Shown in pieces: positions 11,861 to 26,388 of a stretch of 64,000 bases of DNA. How positions within the stretch are numbered: position 1 is the first letter of the stretch; each line of letters opens with the position of its first letter. This DNA is from Myxococcota bacterium (GTDB lineage Bacteria; Myxococcota_A; UBA9160; JAFDDA01): NCBI GenBank assembly GCA_965228475.1, contig OZ245817.1, positions 4,864,001-4,928,000 of the forward strand. Direction: 5' to 3'. The notes under the pieces were generated by a model. It was given only the letters and a program-made list of their open reading frames with translations. It was not told the origin of the DNA and did not search any database. The position numbers and the translations under genes are program-made.

Positions 11861-13084
11861 ATGAGGATTGCCCTCAGCGCCATCGGAACGCGCGGCGACG
11901 TGCAGCCCATGCTCGCGCTCGGGCTCGCCCTGCGCGCGCGCGGCCACGACGTCCGCATGTGCGCGCCGCCGGATTTTCGCGACCTCGTGTACGACGTCGG
12001 CCTGCCCTTCGTCGCCGTCGGCCACGACGTCCACGAGCTGCTCACCGTCCAGTGCCCGGACATCGCCCGCAACCCGCTCGCCCCGCTGCGCGTGATGGAC
12101 GACATCATCCGCCACCAGTTCGACGACCTGCGAAAGGGCTGCGAAGGCGCCGAGGTCCTGGTCGGAGCGGGCATCCAGACCGCCGGCCCCTCGATCGCCG
12201 AGCAGCTCGGAATCCCCTACTTCTACACGGCCTACTGCCCGGTCGTGCTGCGCTCGCGTGAGCACCCGGCGCCGGTGTTCCAGCGCCAGGACCGCCCGGG
12301 TTGGGTGAACCGGCTCTCCTGGTGGGCGTGCGAGCGCTTCTTCAACCTCGCCATGCGGCGCACGGTGAACCGCGAGCGGAAGAACCTCGGCCTCGGTCCC
12401 GTGCGCAGCGTCTACGAAGAAGCCTTCCTCTCGGGCAGGATGCTCCTCGCCACGGACCGCCTGCTGACCCCGGCGCCCCAGGACTCGGACCACGACGTCA
12501 CGACCACGGGCTTCTGGTTCTACGACGATCCGGCCGGCCTCGAGCCGCTCGACGCCGAGCTCGAAGCCTTCCTCGCCGACGGTGCGCCGCCGATCTTCGT
12601 CGGCTTCGGCAGCATGCCCGCCGAAGACGCGGAAGACGTCACCCGCAAGGTCATCGAAGCGGTCGTCGCCTCCGGACAGCGGGCCGTCCTGCAGCGCGGC
12701 TGGGCCGGCCTCGGCGAGGGCGCGCTCCCGCCCCAGGTCCGCCTCGTCGGGGCGGTGAACCACGGGAAGCTCTTCCCGCGCGTCGCTGCCATCGTCCACC
12801 ACGGCGGGGCCGGAACCACCGCGAGCGCCCTGCGCGCCGGGGTTCCGCAGGTCGTGGTGCCCCACGCCGTCGACCAGTTCTACTGGGCCGAGCGCGTGTT
12901 CAAGCTCGGCGTCGGCCCGCGCGCCATGGCCATGAAGGACCTCACGGCCTCGCGCCTCGCCCGCGCGATCCGGCTCGCCGCCCAGAGCGCGGGCATGCGC
13001 GACCGCGCCAGCGAAGTCGCCGCACTCATGGAACCGCGCAGCGGCGTCGAGAATGCGATCGCCGCGATCGAGGCCGAGCTCTAG
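11861..13084 (+). CDS. GT1/GT28-type glycosyltransferase
   Basis: GTRGDVQP, VGFGSM, HHGGAGTT, DQFYW. Confidence 0.9.
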   Translation: MRIALSAIGTRGDVQPMLALGLALRARGHDVRMCAPPDFRDLVYDVGLPFVAVGHDVHELLTVQCPDIARNPLAPLRVMDDIIRHQFDDLRKGCEGAEVLVGAGIQTAGPSIAEQLGIPYFYTAYCPVVLRSREHPAPVFQRQDRPGWVNRLSWWACERFFNLAMRRTVNRERKNLGLGPVRSVYEEAFLSGRMLLATDRLLTPAPQDSDHDVTTTGFWFYDDPAGLEPLDAELEAFLADGAPPIFVGFGSMPAEDAEDVTRKVIEAVVASGQRAVLQRGWAGLGEGALPPQVRLVGAVNHGKLFPRVAAIVHHGGAGTTASALRAGVPQVVVPHAVDQFYWAERVFKLGVGPRAMAMKDLTASRLARAIRLAAQSAGMRDRASEVAALMEPRSGVENAIAAIEAEL

Positions 13085-13107
13085 GCGGAGACGCCGGGGC
13101 GGGTTTC

Positions 13108-14217
13108 CTAGCGCGCGCCGTCGAGCAGGCCCTCGAAGCCGCTCGGTTCGTGCGGCCCGATGATCAGCTGCTCGAGCACGCCGATGCCCTCGCGATCCCC
13201 CATGCGGGCGCGCACGAGCTGCTGCACGTGGATGTGCCGCGGGTCGAGGGGGTCGAGCTTCTCGACGTCCCAGCGCTCGCCGCCGACCGCCTCCTCGCCG
13301 CGCCACATGCCGTGGCCCCAGTCCGTCGAGAAGTACCCGATGCCGAGCATCTGGAAGGTCAGGATCGGCTCGAGCGTGATCACGCGGTCTTCGTCGAGCC
13401 GGAAGGTCGCGGCACGCGAGCGCCGCGTGCCGGCTTCGAACTCGATGGAATGGCGCGGCTGCCGGAGGTGCTCGATCCGCGCCTCGCGGTCTTCGCTCGC
13501 GTCGACCTGGGAGGCCCAGGTCGGAACGACGGCGCCGTGTTCGTGCCAGCCGTGGCCCGTCTCGTCCTGGAAGGTCCCGACGAGCGTGCAGACGTCGTCG
13601 AACTGGATGGGCGCCCAGACCCAGTAGAGCTGGGGGCTCGGCGCCGGCGGGCCGACGCTCGGGCGCTCGCCGACCGGGCGCACGCCCCAGGAGCGATCGC
13701 GACAGCCGAGCACGGCATCGTCGTCGATCTCGATGCGTTCGCCGTCCACGACGAGCTCGCCGCTCCAGGTGCCGAACTGGGTGAACCGCGTCGAGTCCAT
13801 CACGCGCCGGCCGGCGACCTGCCGGATCACGCGCGGCTCCTCGATCGCCTCGGCCCGCGCGGTGAAGCGCAGCTCGCCGGCGATGCCGAACTCGTTGTCC
13901 GCGACGTGCAGCACGAGCACGCGCATCGGGTCTTCGACGTCGACGCGGATCGGGCCGACCGCCGTCTCCGTGCGCTCGACCGGTGCCATGCGCGACGCAC
14001 GCAGCACGAACTGCTGCCCGCCACGCACGACGCTCACGGACGCGTCCATCACCTGGCGATTCGGATAGACCCCGAGCGCAGCCGCGAAGAACAGCGAGCC
14101 GTCCCGCGTGTAGCCGTTGAAGAAGTAGCGGTCGTAGAAGTTCGGATCCGAGGTCGCCGCATGCGCGATCGGAACCGGTGTCTGGTGGATCGGATAGTCG
14201 TCGAGGCGGTTCAGCAC
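13108..14217 (-). CDS. Conserved hypothetical protein (beta-rich)
   Basis: Long ORF with host codon usage; DDYPIHQ, FYDRY, RDRSWGVR motifs. Confidence 0.7.
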   Translation of the reverse strand: MLNRLDDYPIHQTPVPIAHAATSDPNFYDRYFFNGYTRDGSLFFAAALGVYPNRQVMDASVSVVRGGQQFVLRASRMAPVERTETAVGPIRVDVEDPMRVLVLHVADNEFGIAGELRFTARAEAIEEPRVIRQVAGRRVMDSTRFTQFGTWSGELVVDGERIEIDDDAVLGCRDRSWGVRPVGERPSVGPPAPSPQLYWVWAPIQFDDVCTLVGTFQDETGHGWHEHGAVVPTWASQVDASEDREARIEHLRQPRHSIEFEAGTRRSRAATFRLDEDRVITLEPILTFQMLGIGYFSTDWGHGMWRGEEAVGGERWDVEKLDPLDPRHIHVQQLVRARMGDREGIGVLEQLIIGPHEPSGFEGLLDGAR

Positions 14218-14258
14218 GCGCCAAGCTTCGCAGGCCCACCCGGCCCCTTCAAGCCGCT

Positions 14259-17200
14259 TCAGCGCTGGGCGACTTCGAGCGCCGATTCTCGCAGCCGGGT
14301 GAACGCCAGGCCGAGCACCTCGGCGTGGGCGAAGCTCTCCCGTGCCAGTTCGAGCGCCCGAGGCTCGTCGCCCGTTCCGAGGGCCAGCGAGGCCTCGGTA
14401 GCGAGGGTCGAGGCACGCCAGATCGGTGACCGCAGCCCCTCGCCCACACGAGCCGCCTGCTCGAGATGGCCGTGCATGGCGTCCCAGTCTTCGCGGCAGT
14501 GATCGAGGAGCGCAAGGAAGAGCGCAACCGGCCCGTGAACGTAGTGGCCGTGCGCCAGGATCGCGACATGCTCGGACCGTGGCGCGAGGTGCATGGAAAG
14601 CGGCTCGGCCCGCTTTCGATCTTCCAGGATCGAACAGGCTTCGGCGAGCAGGCAGAGGGTGAATACCCAGCTCTCCCGGCCGACGATGCCCTCGAAAGCG
14701 TCACTCCCGAGCGCAGCGAAGCGGGCCTCGGCCCGTCGCGTTTGCCCGCCTTCGAGCAACGCGAGGACCTCCGCGCCGCGCACGGCCGGGAAGTCCGGAA
14801 GCGAATCGACGATCTGGTCGAGCGCGGGAAGCAGCTCGGCGAGACGGCCCTGCTGGTAGCGCGTCGTGGCGATCATCCCGATCTGTCCGGCCGCCGCGAA
14901 CCGGGGGCCTTCTTCGTCCCCGAAGGCTTCCTGGGTGAGGCGCTCGGCCTCGTCGAGTTCACCGTCGAGAAGGCGGAGCCCCGCCGCCAGCGAGGGGGGG
15001 ACGTACCGGAAGTAGCGGGACCCGGTCTTCTGGATCAGCCGCGCGATGTTGTCGCGTTCGGACTCGGCTTCGTCCCGGCGAGCGAGCTCCATCAAGGCGC
15101 CGAAGCGCTGGAGGGCTGCGAACAGTTCGAACGAAGGCGCACGGCCGGAACGAGCGAGGGCGACCGCTTCATCGAGGCCGCGCAGGCGCTCCCCGGGCAG
15201 CACCTCTCGCCGCAGGCGCGAGACCGCGACCTTCGCCGAGAGCGCCATCGACTGCCAGGCCTTCGGCCCGACCCGAGCGGCCTCGGCACATTGCTCGGCG
15301 AGTTCGCGCGCACGCTCGAGCTCCCCGGCCTGGCTCTCGTGGAGCGCGAGATGCGCGGTCAACCAGACGCGGACCGCGCCGGCGTCCTGCTCGAGTCCGC
15401 CCAACGCCTCGTGGAGGCGCTCCACTCGATCCGGATCACTGCTGATCGCCCCGAGCTCGGTGCTCCCCATGACCGCGACCGCGAACAGGGTCGGACTCCC
15501 CGCCGCACGCGCGACCTTCGCCGCTTCGTCGAGGATCGCGTGGCCTTCCCGGTGCCGCCCCGCACCCTGCAGTGCGAACCCCTCCCCGACGAGGAGCTCG
15601 GCGGCGAGAGCCGCTGGCGACTCCTCGACCCACGCGAGCAACTCGAGAGCTTGCCGGAAGTAGGCAGCCGCCTCGTCGAAGGCGTAGGCCTCCCGAGCCA
15701 GTTCGCCCGCCCGCTTGGCGAACTCCACCGCCCGCATGCCTTCCACCAAAGGGGCCGCTTCTCCGAAGTGGTAGGCAAGCGTGGTCATGACGGTATCGAG
15801 CCGCGCGGTGTTGAGGTCGTGAATGGCCTCGCCGAGGCGTAGATGTCGTTCGACGCGGTCGCCCTCGACCAGCTCGCTCGCGATCACCTCCCGCTGGAGA
15901 TCGTGGCAGAACCGGTAGGAGAACTCGCCTTCGCCTCGCTCGATGACGCGAGCGCGCACCGCCTCTCCGAACGAAGCCACGAGTCCCTTCCTCTCCTGCC
16001 GGGAAGCGCGGGCGACCCAGGCGACGGGGAAGTCGCGGCCGATCAATGCGCCATAGGACAGGGCTTCCCGGCAACCGGAGGAGAGCTCCTCGAGGCGCTG
16101 TCGAAGCGCGGCGTGGAGCCCGGCCGGCGTCTCGTCGAGCAGGGAATCGAGCCGCGCCTCGCCGCCCGGCCCCTCCGCGGCAGCATCTCCCAGTTGGGAG
16201 ACGAAGTAGGGATTGCCACCGGTCCGGTCGGCCAACCGTCCGATGAACTCCTGCGATGGGTGAAGACCCGAGCGTGCCTCGAAGAGCTTCGCAACGCTGG
16301 GCCCGTCGAGCGGTTCCAGGAGGATGCGGCGGAGCTGGCTGCTGCGTGATGCCTCGGCAGCGACGTCGCCGATGGCCTGGAACGTCGCATCGCCCGGAGA
16401 GGAGACGCGAGCCGTTGCGACGATCAGGACGCGCGAGGCGCCGATGGCCGAGACCACGTGGGCCAGCCCGCGCAGCGAAGAGCGGTCCGCCCACTGAAGG
16501 TCTTCGAGCACCAACACTCGGACCTCCTCACGAGCTGCGCGGAGAACGAGCTGCGCGAGCGCCTCCTGGAACCGGAACCGGGCGTCTTCGGGCAGGCCCT
16601 CTTCCGGCCTCGCGTCGGGCGTCAGCGGAAGATCGGGGAGGACACGGGCCAGCTCGCGCGCTTCTGCGCCGAGCGAACGCTCGATGCGCTCGGGGCCCTC
16701 CGCCTCGAAGAGCCCCCGAAGGATCTGCCTCCAGAGCCACAACGAGGGCGCTCCCGCCTCGCGGTGGGCTCGGGCCCAGTGCACGAAGGCCCCCGCATCC
16801 TCCGCCTCTGCGGCGATGGCCTGCGCGAGCCGGGTCTTGCCGATGCCGGGCTCGCCTTCGACGAGCACCAGGCCGCCGCGACCGGCCAGCGCGGCCGCGA
16901 ACGCCGACGAGAGTTGGACCCGCTCGGACTCGCGGCCGATGAGCCGATCCGGGTTCGACCCGCGCGGGCTCGGGCCGGGCGGAGAGGCAGCGGGCTCCCG
17001 TCGAGGGTCCTCGAAAGTCTCCGCGACGAAGCGGAGGCCCGCGCCCCGCAGGGTCTGGATCGATCCGTCCGGCTGGCCCTCCTCTCCGAGCGCCTTGCGA
17101 ACCTTGAAGACCGCGCGCGAGAGCGCGTGGTCGCTGATGACGATGCCGGGCCAGAGCGTTTCGAACAGCTCTTCGCGGCGAACGACCCGGTCGCGATGCC

Positions 17201-17339
17201 GCGCCAGGAAGAGCAGCAGGCCGAAGGGCTTGGGTTCGAGAGGGATCGGCTCCCCGCCGTCCCGGAGCTCGAAGAGCGCCTCGTCGAGTTCGAAGCGCCC
17301 ACCCGGCCCGAAGCGGAGATGGATCGGATCGTCACGCAT
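14259..17339 (-). CDS. Winged-helix + AAA ATPase + TPR-like transcriptional regulator (STAND-like)
   Basis: N-terminal OmpR-type wHTH, GEPGIGKT Walker A, LEDLQWAD Walker B, GGNP motif, helical C-terminus. Confidence 0.85.
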   Translation of the reverse strand: MRDDPIHLRFGPGGRFELDEALFELRDGGEPIPLEPKPFGLLLFLARHRDRVVRREELFETLWPGIVISDHALSRAVFKVRKALGEEGQPDGSIQTLRGAGLRFVAETFEDPRREPAASPPGPSPRGSNPDRLIGRESERVQLSSAFAAALAGRGGLVLVEGEPGIGKTRLAQAIAAEAEDAGAFVHWARAHREAGAPSLWLWRQILRGLFEAEGPERIERSLGAEARELARVLPDLPLTPDARPEEGLPEDARFRFQEALAQLVLRAAREEVRVLVLEDLQWADRSSLRGLAHVVSAIGASRVLIVATARVSSPGDATFQAIGDVAAEASRSSQLRRILLEPLDGPSVAKLFEARSGLHPSQEFIGRLADRTGGNPYFVSQLGDAAAEGPGGEARLDSLLDETPAGLHAALRQRLEELSSGCREALSYGALIGRDFPVAWVARASRQERKGLVASFGEAVRARVIERGEGEFSYRFCHDLQREVIASELVEGDRVERHLRLGEAIHDLNTARLDTVMTTLAYHFGEAAPLVEGMRAVEFAKRAGELAREAYAFDEAAAYFRQALELLAWVEESPAALAAELLVGEGFALQGAGRHREGHAILDEAAKVARAAGSPTLFAVAVMGSTELGAISSDPDRVERLHEALGGLEQDAGAVRVWLTAHLALHESQAGELERARELAEQCAEAARVGPKAWQSMALSAKVAVSRLRREVLPGERLRGLDEAVALARSGRAPSFELFAALQRFGALMELARRDEAESERDNIARLIQKTGSRYFRYVPPSLAAGLRLLDGELDEAERLTQEAFGDEEGPRFAAAGQIGMIATTRYQQGRLAELLPALDQIVDSLPDFPAVRGAEVLALLEGGQTRRAEARFAALGSDAFEGIVGRESWVFTLCLLAEACSILEDRKRAEPLSMHLAPRSEHVAILAHGHYVHGPVALFLALLDHCREDWDAMHGHLEQAARVGEGLRSPIWRASTLATEASLALGTGDEPRALELARESFAHAEVLGLAFTRLRESALEVAQR

Positions 17340-17394
17340 CCGGGAGACCTCGGGGTGGCGGCCGTGTTCCGCCGGCAAGACCTGCAAGCCTACC

Positions 17395-17592
17395 TCAGGG
17401 CTCTTCGTCTCGTGTGGGATCGCGCCGGGCTGCGGAACCCCCGGCAGGGCCGACGGGTGTACCCATCAGCGCTCCACCGGCGAGCTGCTGCAGGAGCTGC
17501 AACACGATCGTTTCGTGGAGCGGGTCGGCGCTCTCGGGACGCGGCGCGTCCCGCTCGGCGTCCCTCTCGTACTCGCTGTCGCGGCGCTTCAT
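17395..17592 (-). CDS. Possible small hypothetical protein
   Basis: ATG preceded by GGAG; 65 aa; no recognised motif. Confidence 0.3.
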   Translation of the reverse strand: MKRRDSEYERDAERDAPRPESADPLHETIVLQLLQQLAGGALMGTPVGPAGGSAARRDPTRDEEP

Positions 17593-17686
17593 CTGGACGT
17601 CTCCGATGGGAACCCGGTGGCGAAAGAAGCCCGGGCACGCGCTCCGGGAAGCGATCTCCCCGGAGCACGTGCCTCGGACCGGCGGC

Positions 17687-18460
17687 TCAGGACCGGCGGC
17701 GGCCCGTGAGCGCCAGGCCCAGCAGTCCGGAACCCAGCAGGAGCATCGTTCCCGGCTCGGGAACGAACGCCAGCGCGGCGATCCCGTTGGCGGAGCTGCC
17801 ATCGATGAGGGTGTGTGCGCCCGTGAGCTTGTCGATCTCGAAGAACCGGTCGGGGATGAGGAGGCCGCCGTTCAGGCCACCGTAGAGGCGGCCGGTCGTC
17901 GGATCGATCGCCATGCCTTCGGTCCCGTAGGTGCCCGTCCCGATGTGCGTCAACGCGCCCGTGACGGTGTCGATCGTGTAGAGATCGTCGAGGTCGGCCG
18001 CGTACATGGTGTCCGTCGAAGCGTCGTAGGCGAGGGCCCTGATGTTGATGGACGTCACGGCGATGTTCGTCATCGCGCCGGTCGTCGGGTCGTCGATCCG
18101 GAAGAAGCGATTGCCGCTCGAGTTGCCGCCGTAGAGAACGCCGCCAGCACCATAGGAGAGCGCGTTGATGTCGAACGTCGGCGTGGAATCGATGTTCGTC
18201 ATCTCGCCGGTGTTGAGATCGATACTGAAGTAGCGCGAGTGGTTTCCGGCATAGGCAATCCCGCTGGTTCCGTCCGCGGCCATGCCGCGGATGTCGTACT
18301 GGGTACTGCCGCCGATCTGCGTCTGCGGGTCGCCGTCGGTGAGATCATCGATCGTGAAGAGCGGGTTGCCGGAGGTGTTGCCACCGTAGAGAATCGGTGC
18401 AGCCTGGGCGCTGCCGGCCAACAGGAGCGGCAGAGCCACCAACAGGGTTCGAAGCTTCAT
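17687..18460 (-). CDS. PEP-CTERM protein with propeller-like repeats
   Basis: Signal peptide, repeated IDxxTGxxT units, VPEP-TM-RRR. Confidence 0.85.
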   Translation of the reverse strand: MKLRTLLVALPLLLAGSAQAAPILYGGNTSGNPLFTIDDLTDGDPQTQIGGSTQYDIRGMAADGTSGIAYAGNHSRYFSIDLNTGEMTNIDSTPTFDINALSYGAGGVLYGGNSSGNRFFRIDDPTTGAMTNIAVTSINIRALAYDASTDTMYAADLDDLYTIDTVTGALTHIGTGTYGTEGMAIDPTTGRLYGGLNGGLLIPDRFFEIDKLTGAHTLIDGSSANGIAALAFVPEPGTMLLLGSGLLGLALTGRRRS

Positions 18461-18691
18461 CGTGCAATCCTTCCCAAGATTGGAGAGCCGTTCGGATGCC
18501 GGAACGTCCGGCGGCCGGAAGCCGGGGTTCCCGGCCTTGGCTCATCGCCCGGGGAGGTTGCGTTGGCAGGACCGTGAGGTCGGCCAGGCCCCTTCCCGGG
18601 ACGCCGGCGACCTTCCCATTTGTGCGGGTTCCTTGCCTGACGGCTGGCAGACCTTTACGTCCCGGCGCACCAAACCGGAGGTCAGGGCGGG

Positions 18692-19762
18692 CTACCGGGG
18701 CGGGCGGATGCCTCTCGACCGGGGCTCTTCGGCGGGCTTCATCGTGCCCGGCGTCCCGTCCGCGGCGTCGCCGCGGTCTCCGGCGTCGAGCTTCGGCGTC
18801 ACCGGGCCCGATCCGGTGGGGGCGAGGACGCCGGGATTCCCGGATTTCATCGTGCCGCCATGCCCTCGCGCGGCGCGGCTCGGGTCGAGCATCTGACGCA
18901 CGGGCGGGGCGTCGGGGTGTGCCTGCGTCCCGAGCTTCGCCCCGTGACAGCGGAGGAAGCCGTTCTCGTTGCTGATGTCCAGCGAGCAGGTCGCGAACTG
19001 ATTCAGCGAGGCTTCGTTCCACTGATTCGTCGTTCGCTTGCAGGTCGCCTCGAGGAGCGTCCCCGTCGTGGTCGGATTGTGGCAGCTCGCCGTGTACGAT
19101 CCCGCGGGCGGAATCGTCGTGCCGCGGCCGCACGAGAGGTTTCCGAAGACGTTCGAGACCGGCGTCCGGCAGGTGGTGAAGTCGAAGTTTCGATTCCACA
19201 GCCGGAGGGACCCGGCGCCGACCAGACACCCCGCGTGAAGCCCCGAGGCCGTGACGTAGGTGTTGACGCAGCTCTGGCGGTAGGAGCCCGGTGGCAGACC
19301 CGCCGGATCGTACTCGCAGACCAGCGCGCCGCCCTCGTTGTGGATGGGACCGACGCACCGATCGGTGGCGTAGAGATGCGTCGGCCTCCAGAACCCGTCG
19401 CGGTCCCGGCACTCGGCGGTCAGGGTCGTCCCCGATTGCTGGATTCCTCGGCACGTCCGGGTGTAGGACCCCTGGGGCGGCGGGTCCTTGGGGCAGGCGA
19501 GCGTTCCGTTCTGGTTCGAGATGTCACCGCCGCACTCGCCGACGTGATGGAGGTCCGACTTCTTGAAGGAGCCGTCGGTCCGCCGACAGTCGGCGACGAG
19601 AATGCGGTTGTAGTAGAGGTCGTCGCCGAGTGGCCGGAATTGGATGAAGGCGTTCCGGCAGGTTTGCTGGTACGAACCCGACGGGACGCCGTAGTCCTGG
19701 GCCGAGGCGACCCCGGCGAGGAGCAGGGCTGCCAGGAGGAAGACGGATGCGGGGCGGTTCAT
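18692..19762 (-). CDS. Secreted CVNH (cyanovirin-N-like) repeat protein
   Basis: Signal peptide; four PxGSYxxxC...C...I(S/H)NxxGxLxC repeats. Confidence 0.7.
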   Translation of the reverse strand: MNRPASVFLLAALLLAGVASAQDYGVPSGSYQQTCRNAFIQFRPLGDDLYYNRILVADCRRTDGSFKKSDLHHVGECGGDISNQNGTLACPKDPPPQGSYTRTCRGIQQSGTTLTAECRDRDGFWRPTHLYATDRCVGPIHNEGGALVCEYDPAGLPPGSYRQSCVNTYVTASGLHAGCLVGAGSLRLWNRNFDFTTCRTPVSNVFGNLSCGRGTTIPPAGSYTASCHNPTTTGTLLEATCKRTTNQWNEASLNQFATCSLDISNENGFLRCHGAKLGTQAHPDAPPVRQMLDPSRAARGHGGTMKSGNPGVLAPTGSGPVTPKLDAGDRGDAADGTPGTMKPAEEPRSRGIRPPR

Positions 19763-19830
19763 GAAGGCCTCCGGAGACCTTCATTAGAACACGGGGCGCG
19801 GCGGAAATTCAGCCAGCGCCGGGAGCCCTC

Positions 19831-20243
19831 CTAGTGACCCTTGCCGGCCACCTGGATGCGGATGATGGCCCGGTGGAGGGCCTCTTCCTGGAGCGCGAAG
19901 GAGGAGGCCTCTTCCTTGTTCGTGCCGAGCTTGTCGAGCTCGCCCTGGGCGCGGTCGCGGGCGGCTTCGGCGCGGGCGACGTCGATGGACTCGGCGAGCT
20001 CGCAGGAATCCACGAGCGCCACGACCTGCCCGCCCCCGACGTCGGCGAAGCCGCCGCCGATCGCTGCAAAGCGCGTCTGCCCGCCCTGCTGGATGGAGAG
20101 CGCGCCGATCTTGAGCGGCGTCAGGAAGCGCTCGTGCCCCTCGAGGACGCCGAACTCGCCTTCGGTCCCCGGGAAGACGACGCGGTCCACGGTCTCGCTG
20201 AAGACCTCGCCCTCGGGCGTCACGATGGTCAGTTCGAGCGCCA

Positions 20244-20244
<1 letters not shown>
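19831..20244 (-). CDS. atpC: ATP synthase F1 epsilon
   Basis: IVTPE, PGTEGEFGVL, GGFA; operon position. Confidence 0.95.
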
Positions 20245-22659
<2,415 letters not shown>

Positions 22660-22662
22660 CGG

Positions 22663-24207
<1,545 letters not shown>

Positions 24208-24335
24208 GTGAATTCAGTCCTTCTTCAATCCCGTTTGACTTCGTTCGCCTTGGGCTCACTGCGCGCGCTTCGCGCTTGCTTCGGGGGCGGCTCGACGGCT
24301 TGCCGGGGGCGCCCTCCGGGGTGACTTCGCGGCGA

Positions 24336-24884
24336 TCAGTCCCTCGTCAGGTTTTGGCGGAGTTGTTGGAGTTGCGTTCGGAGACTTCCGTCGAAGACGA
24401 GGTCGCCGACCTGGGCGACGACGCCTCCGATGAGATCCGGGTCGACCTCGACGGTCGCGCTGACTTCGCGGCCGGTGCGCGCGGAGAGCACGCGCACGAG
24501 GCGGTCGCGCGTCGCATCGTCGAGCGGCTTCGCCGAGGTGATGCGGGCTTCGGTCCGCCCTTCGGCCTCGGCGGCGAGGCGGTCGTACTCTTCGCGGATG
24601 CCGGCGAAGTCGACGAGCCGCCGCTGGTCCACGAGGAAGCCGCAGAAGCGCTGGAGCGTTTCGCCCGAGCCGAGCTTGTCGGCGACGGCGCGCAGCACCG
24701 AGCGGCGCTCTTCGACCGGGTGCAGCGGGCGGAAGAGCGCCTGGTGCAGCTCTTCGTTGCCGCTGAGGAGATCGTCGAGCGCACCGAGTTCGGCGCCGGT
24801 CTGGGCGACGGTGCCGTCCTCGCTCGCGATCCCGAAGAGCGCCTTCGCGTAGCGCCGCCCGGCGGCGGCGGAGTTCGCGGCCAT
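24336..24884 (-). CDS. atpH: ATP synthase F1 delta
   Basis: RRYAKALF, VDPDLIGG, DGSL. Confidence 0.95.
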   Translation of the reverse strand: MAANSAAAGRRYAKALFGIASEDGTVAQTGAELGALDDLLSGNEELHQALFRPLHPVEERRSVLRAVADKLGSGETLQRFCGFLVDQRRLVDFAGIREEYDRLAAEAEGRTEARITSAKPLDDATRDRLVRVLSARTGREVSATVEVDPDLIGGVVAQVGDLVFDGSLRTQLQQLRQNLTRD

Positions 24885-25438
24885 CAGTGAGCCCCTCCCG
24901 ACCGCTCGACCCGCGAGACGAACTCGTCGATGAGCCGCTGCTGGTCGCTGTCGGTCACGTTCTGCTGCAGGAGTTCGGAGGCGAGCTCGGTGGCGAGGGT
25001 CGCGGCCTCGGCGCGCAGCTCCCCGCGTGCGCGGGCGACTTCCTGGTCGACGGCGGCCTCCGCGTCGGCGCGGATGCGCTCGGCCGAGGTCTCGGCGTCG
25101 GCGAGGATGCGCGCGCTCTCGGTCTCGGCGCGCTCGCGGGCGACGCGCTTGATCTCTTCCACTTCGGCGTCGAGCCCGTCGGCCTTGGCCTGCCACTCGG
25201 CGAGGCGCGCCTCGGCATCCGTGAGCACGCCCGAGGCGGCGTCGAGGTCCGACTTCACCTGGCTGTGGCGGTCCGCGAAGAACTGCCGCACCGGCTTGCC
25301 GGCGAAGTAGACGATCACGCCGATCAGGATGAGCAGGTTCACACCCTGAAGGAACAGGGTCATCGCCGAGACGCCTTCGGCGGCGTGCGCCGTACCGCCG
25401 GCGAAGAGGCCGGCTGCCGTCAGGAGAACGCGCTTCAC
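24884..25438 (-). CDS. atpF: ATP synthase F0 subunit b
   Basis: TM helix then coiled coil; GTG start overlapping the upstream stop. Confidence 0.9.
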   Translation of the reverse strand: MKRVLLTAAGLFAGGTAHAAEGVSAMTLFLQGVNLLILIGVIVYFAGKPVRQFFADRHSQVKSDLDAASGVLTDAEARLAEWQAKADGLDAEVEEIKRVARERAETESARILADAETSAERIRADAEAAVDQEVARARGELRAEAATLATELASELLQQNVTDSDQQRLIDEFVSRVERSGGAH

Positions 25439-25974
25439 GAGAGGCTCCTCCCGAGCATCTTCTCCGCCGCGTCCCGGGCGAGCTGCTCGGCCTGGGCGCG
25501 CAGGCTTCCGCGGGCCTGCTCGAGGGCGGACTGGACTTCGCCGCGCGCCTGTTCGAGGCGCCCCTCGGCGGTCGCACGCTCCTGGCCGACACGGTCGGCC
25601 TGGGCGCCCTTGGCCTCGTCGAGCTTGCTGCGGCGTTCGGTTTCGGCGGCGTCGCGTGCAGCGGCGACCCGCTCCTCGTAGCTCGCGAGGACCTCGTCCG
25701 CGCGCTTGCCCACGTCGCCGGCCTTCGCGCGGGCGCCGGCGATGCGCTCGTCGCGCTCCTCGAGCACGCGCAGCATCGGCTGGATCAGCAGACGGTTCAC
25801 CGGGACGATCATCAGGGCGAAGAGCACGATCAGCGGGATCATCGTGGCCGGGTTCGGAATGATCTCGAGCCCGCCGCCGGCGGCCTGGGCGGTGGCCGGG
25901 GCGAGCAGCGCAGCGGCCGAAGCGAGCGCGGCCAGGGGGCTCGAAGCGCGACCGGTCGTGAGGGCGGACGCCAC
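25435..25974 (-). CDS. ATP synthase F0 subunit b' (start uncertain)
   Basis: TM helix then QPMLRVLEERDERI coiled coil. Confidence 0.85.
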   Translation of the reverse strand: MASALTTGRASSPLAALASAAALLAPATAQAAGGGLEIIPNPATMIPLIVLFALMIVPVNRLLIQPMLRVLEERDERIAGARAKAGDVGKRADEVLASYEERVAAARDAAETERRSKLDEAKGAQADRVGQERATAEGRLEQARGEVQSALEQARGSLRAQAEQLARDAAEKMLGRSLS

Positions 25975-26388
25975 CGGCGTGTGGGGCGGGCGGGTGGTGT
26001 CGGCTGCTCTCAAGGTCTCGCTTCTCCAAGCCTCGGGAAGTCCGGAGCCCTCGCGCCGGCGCCTGCGTGGCACCGATCCTTGGCTGGCGTCCGGGGTGAC
26101 GTCCCATTTGCATTTTCGACCCGGTCGACCCGGCACTTCCCGTCGGCGAAGCCGAGGACCGCAACCGAAGGACCGCAACGCGGCAGCTGGAAGACCAGGG
26201 ATCGGAAACCGGCGGCTTTCGAGCCAGCCGGAAGCGGCGGAATATTCGCAGAATCGCGCCTGTTTTCAAGGTATGGCGGACGCTTCTCCGCGCCTCTCGG
26301 GGGCGGCCGGGCCCGTTTTCGGGCGTTCGCCGCGGGCCGGGGTCGGCGGGCGCGAAGGGCCTTCGGGGCGGCCTCGCCCCGGCGCGTC

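Noticed and set aside
10931..14239. Very long shadow ORFs (also 21649..24324, 37117..39735, 49249..52806)
   Set aside because: Antisense or alternative-frame ORFs over real genes, expected in high-GC DNA; no motifs.
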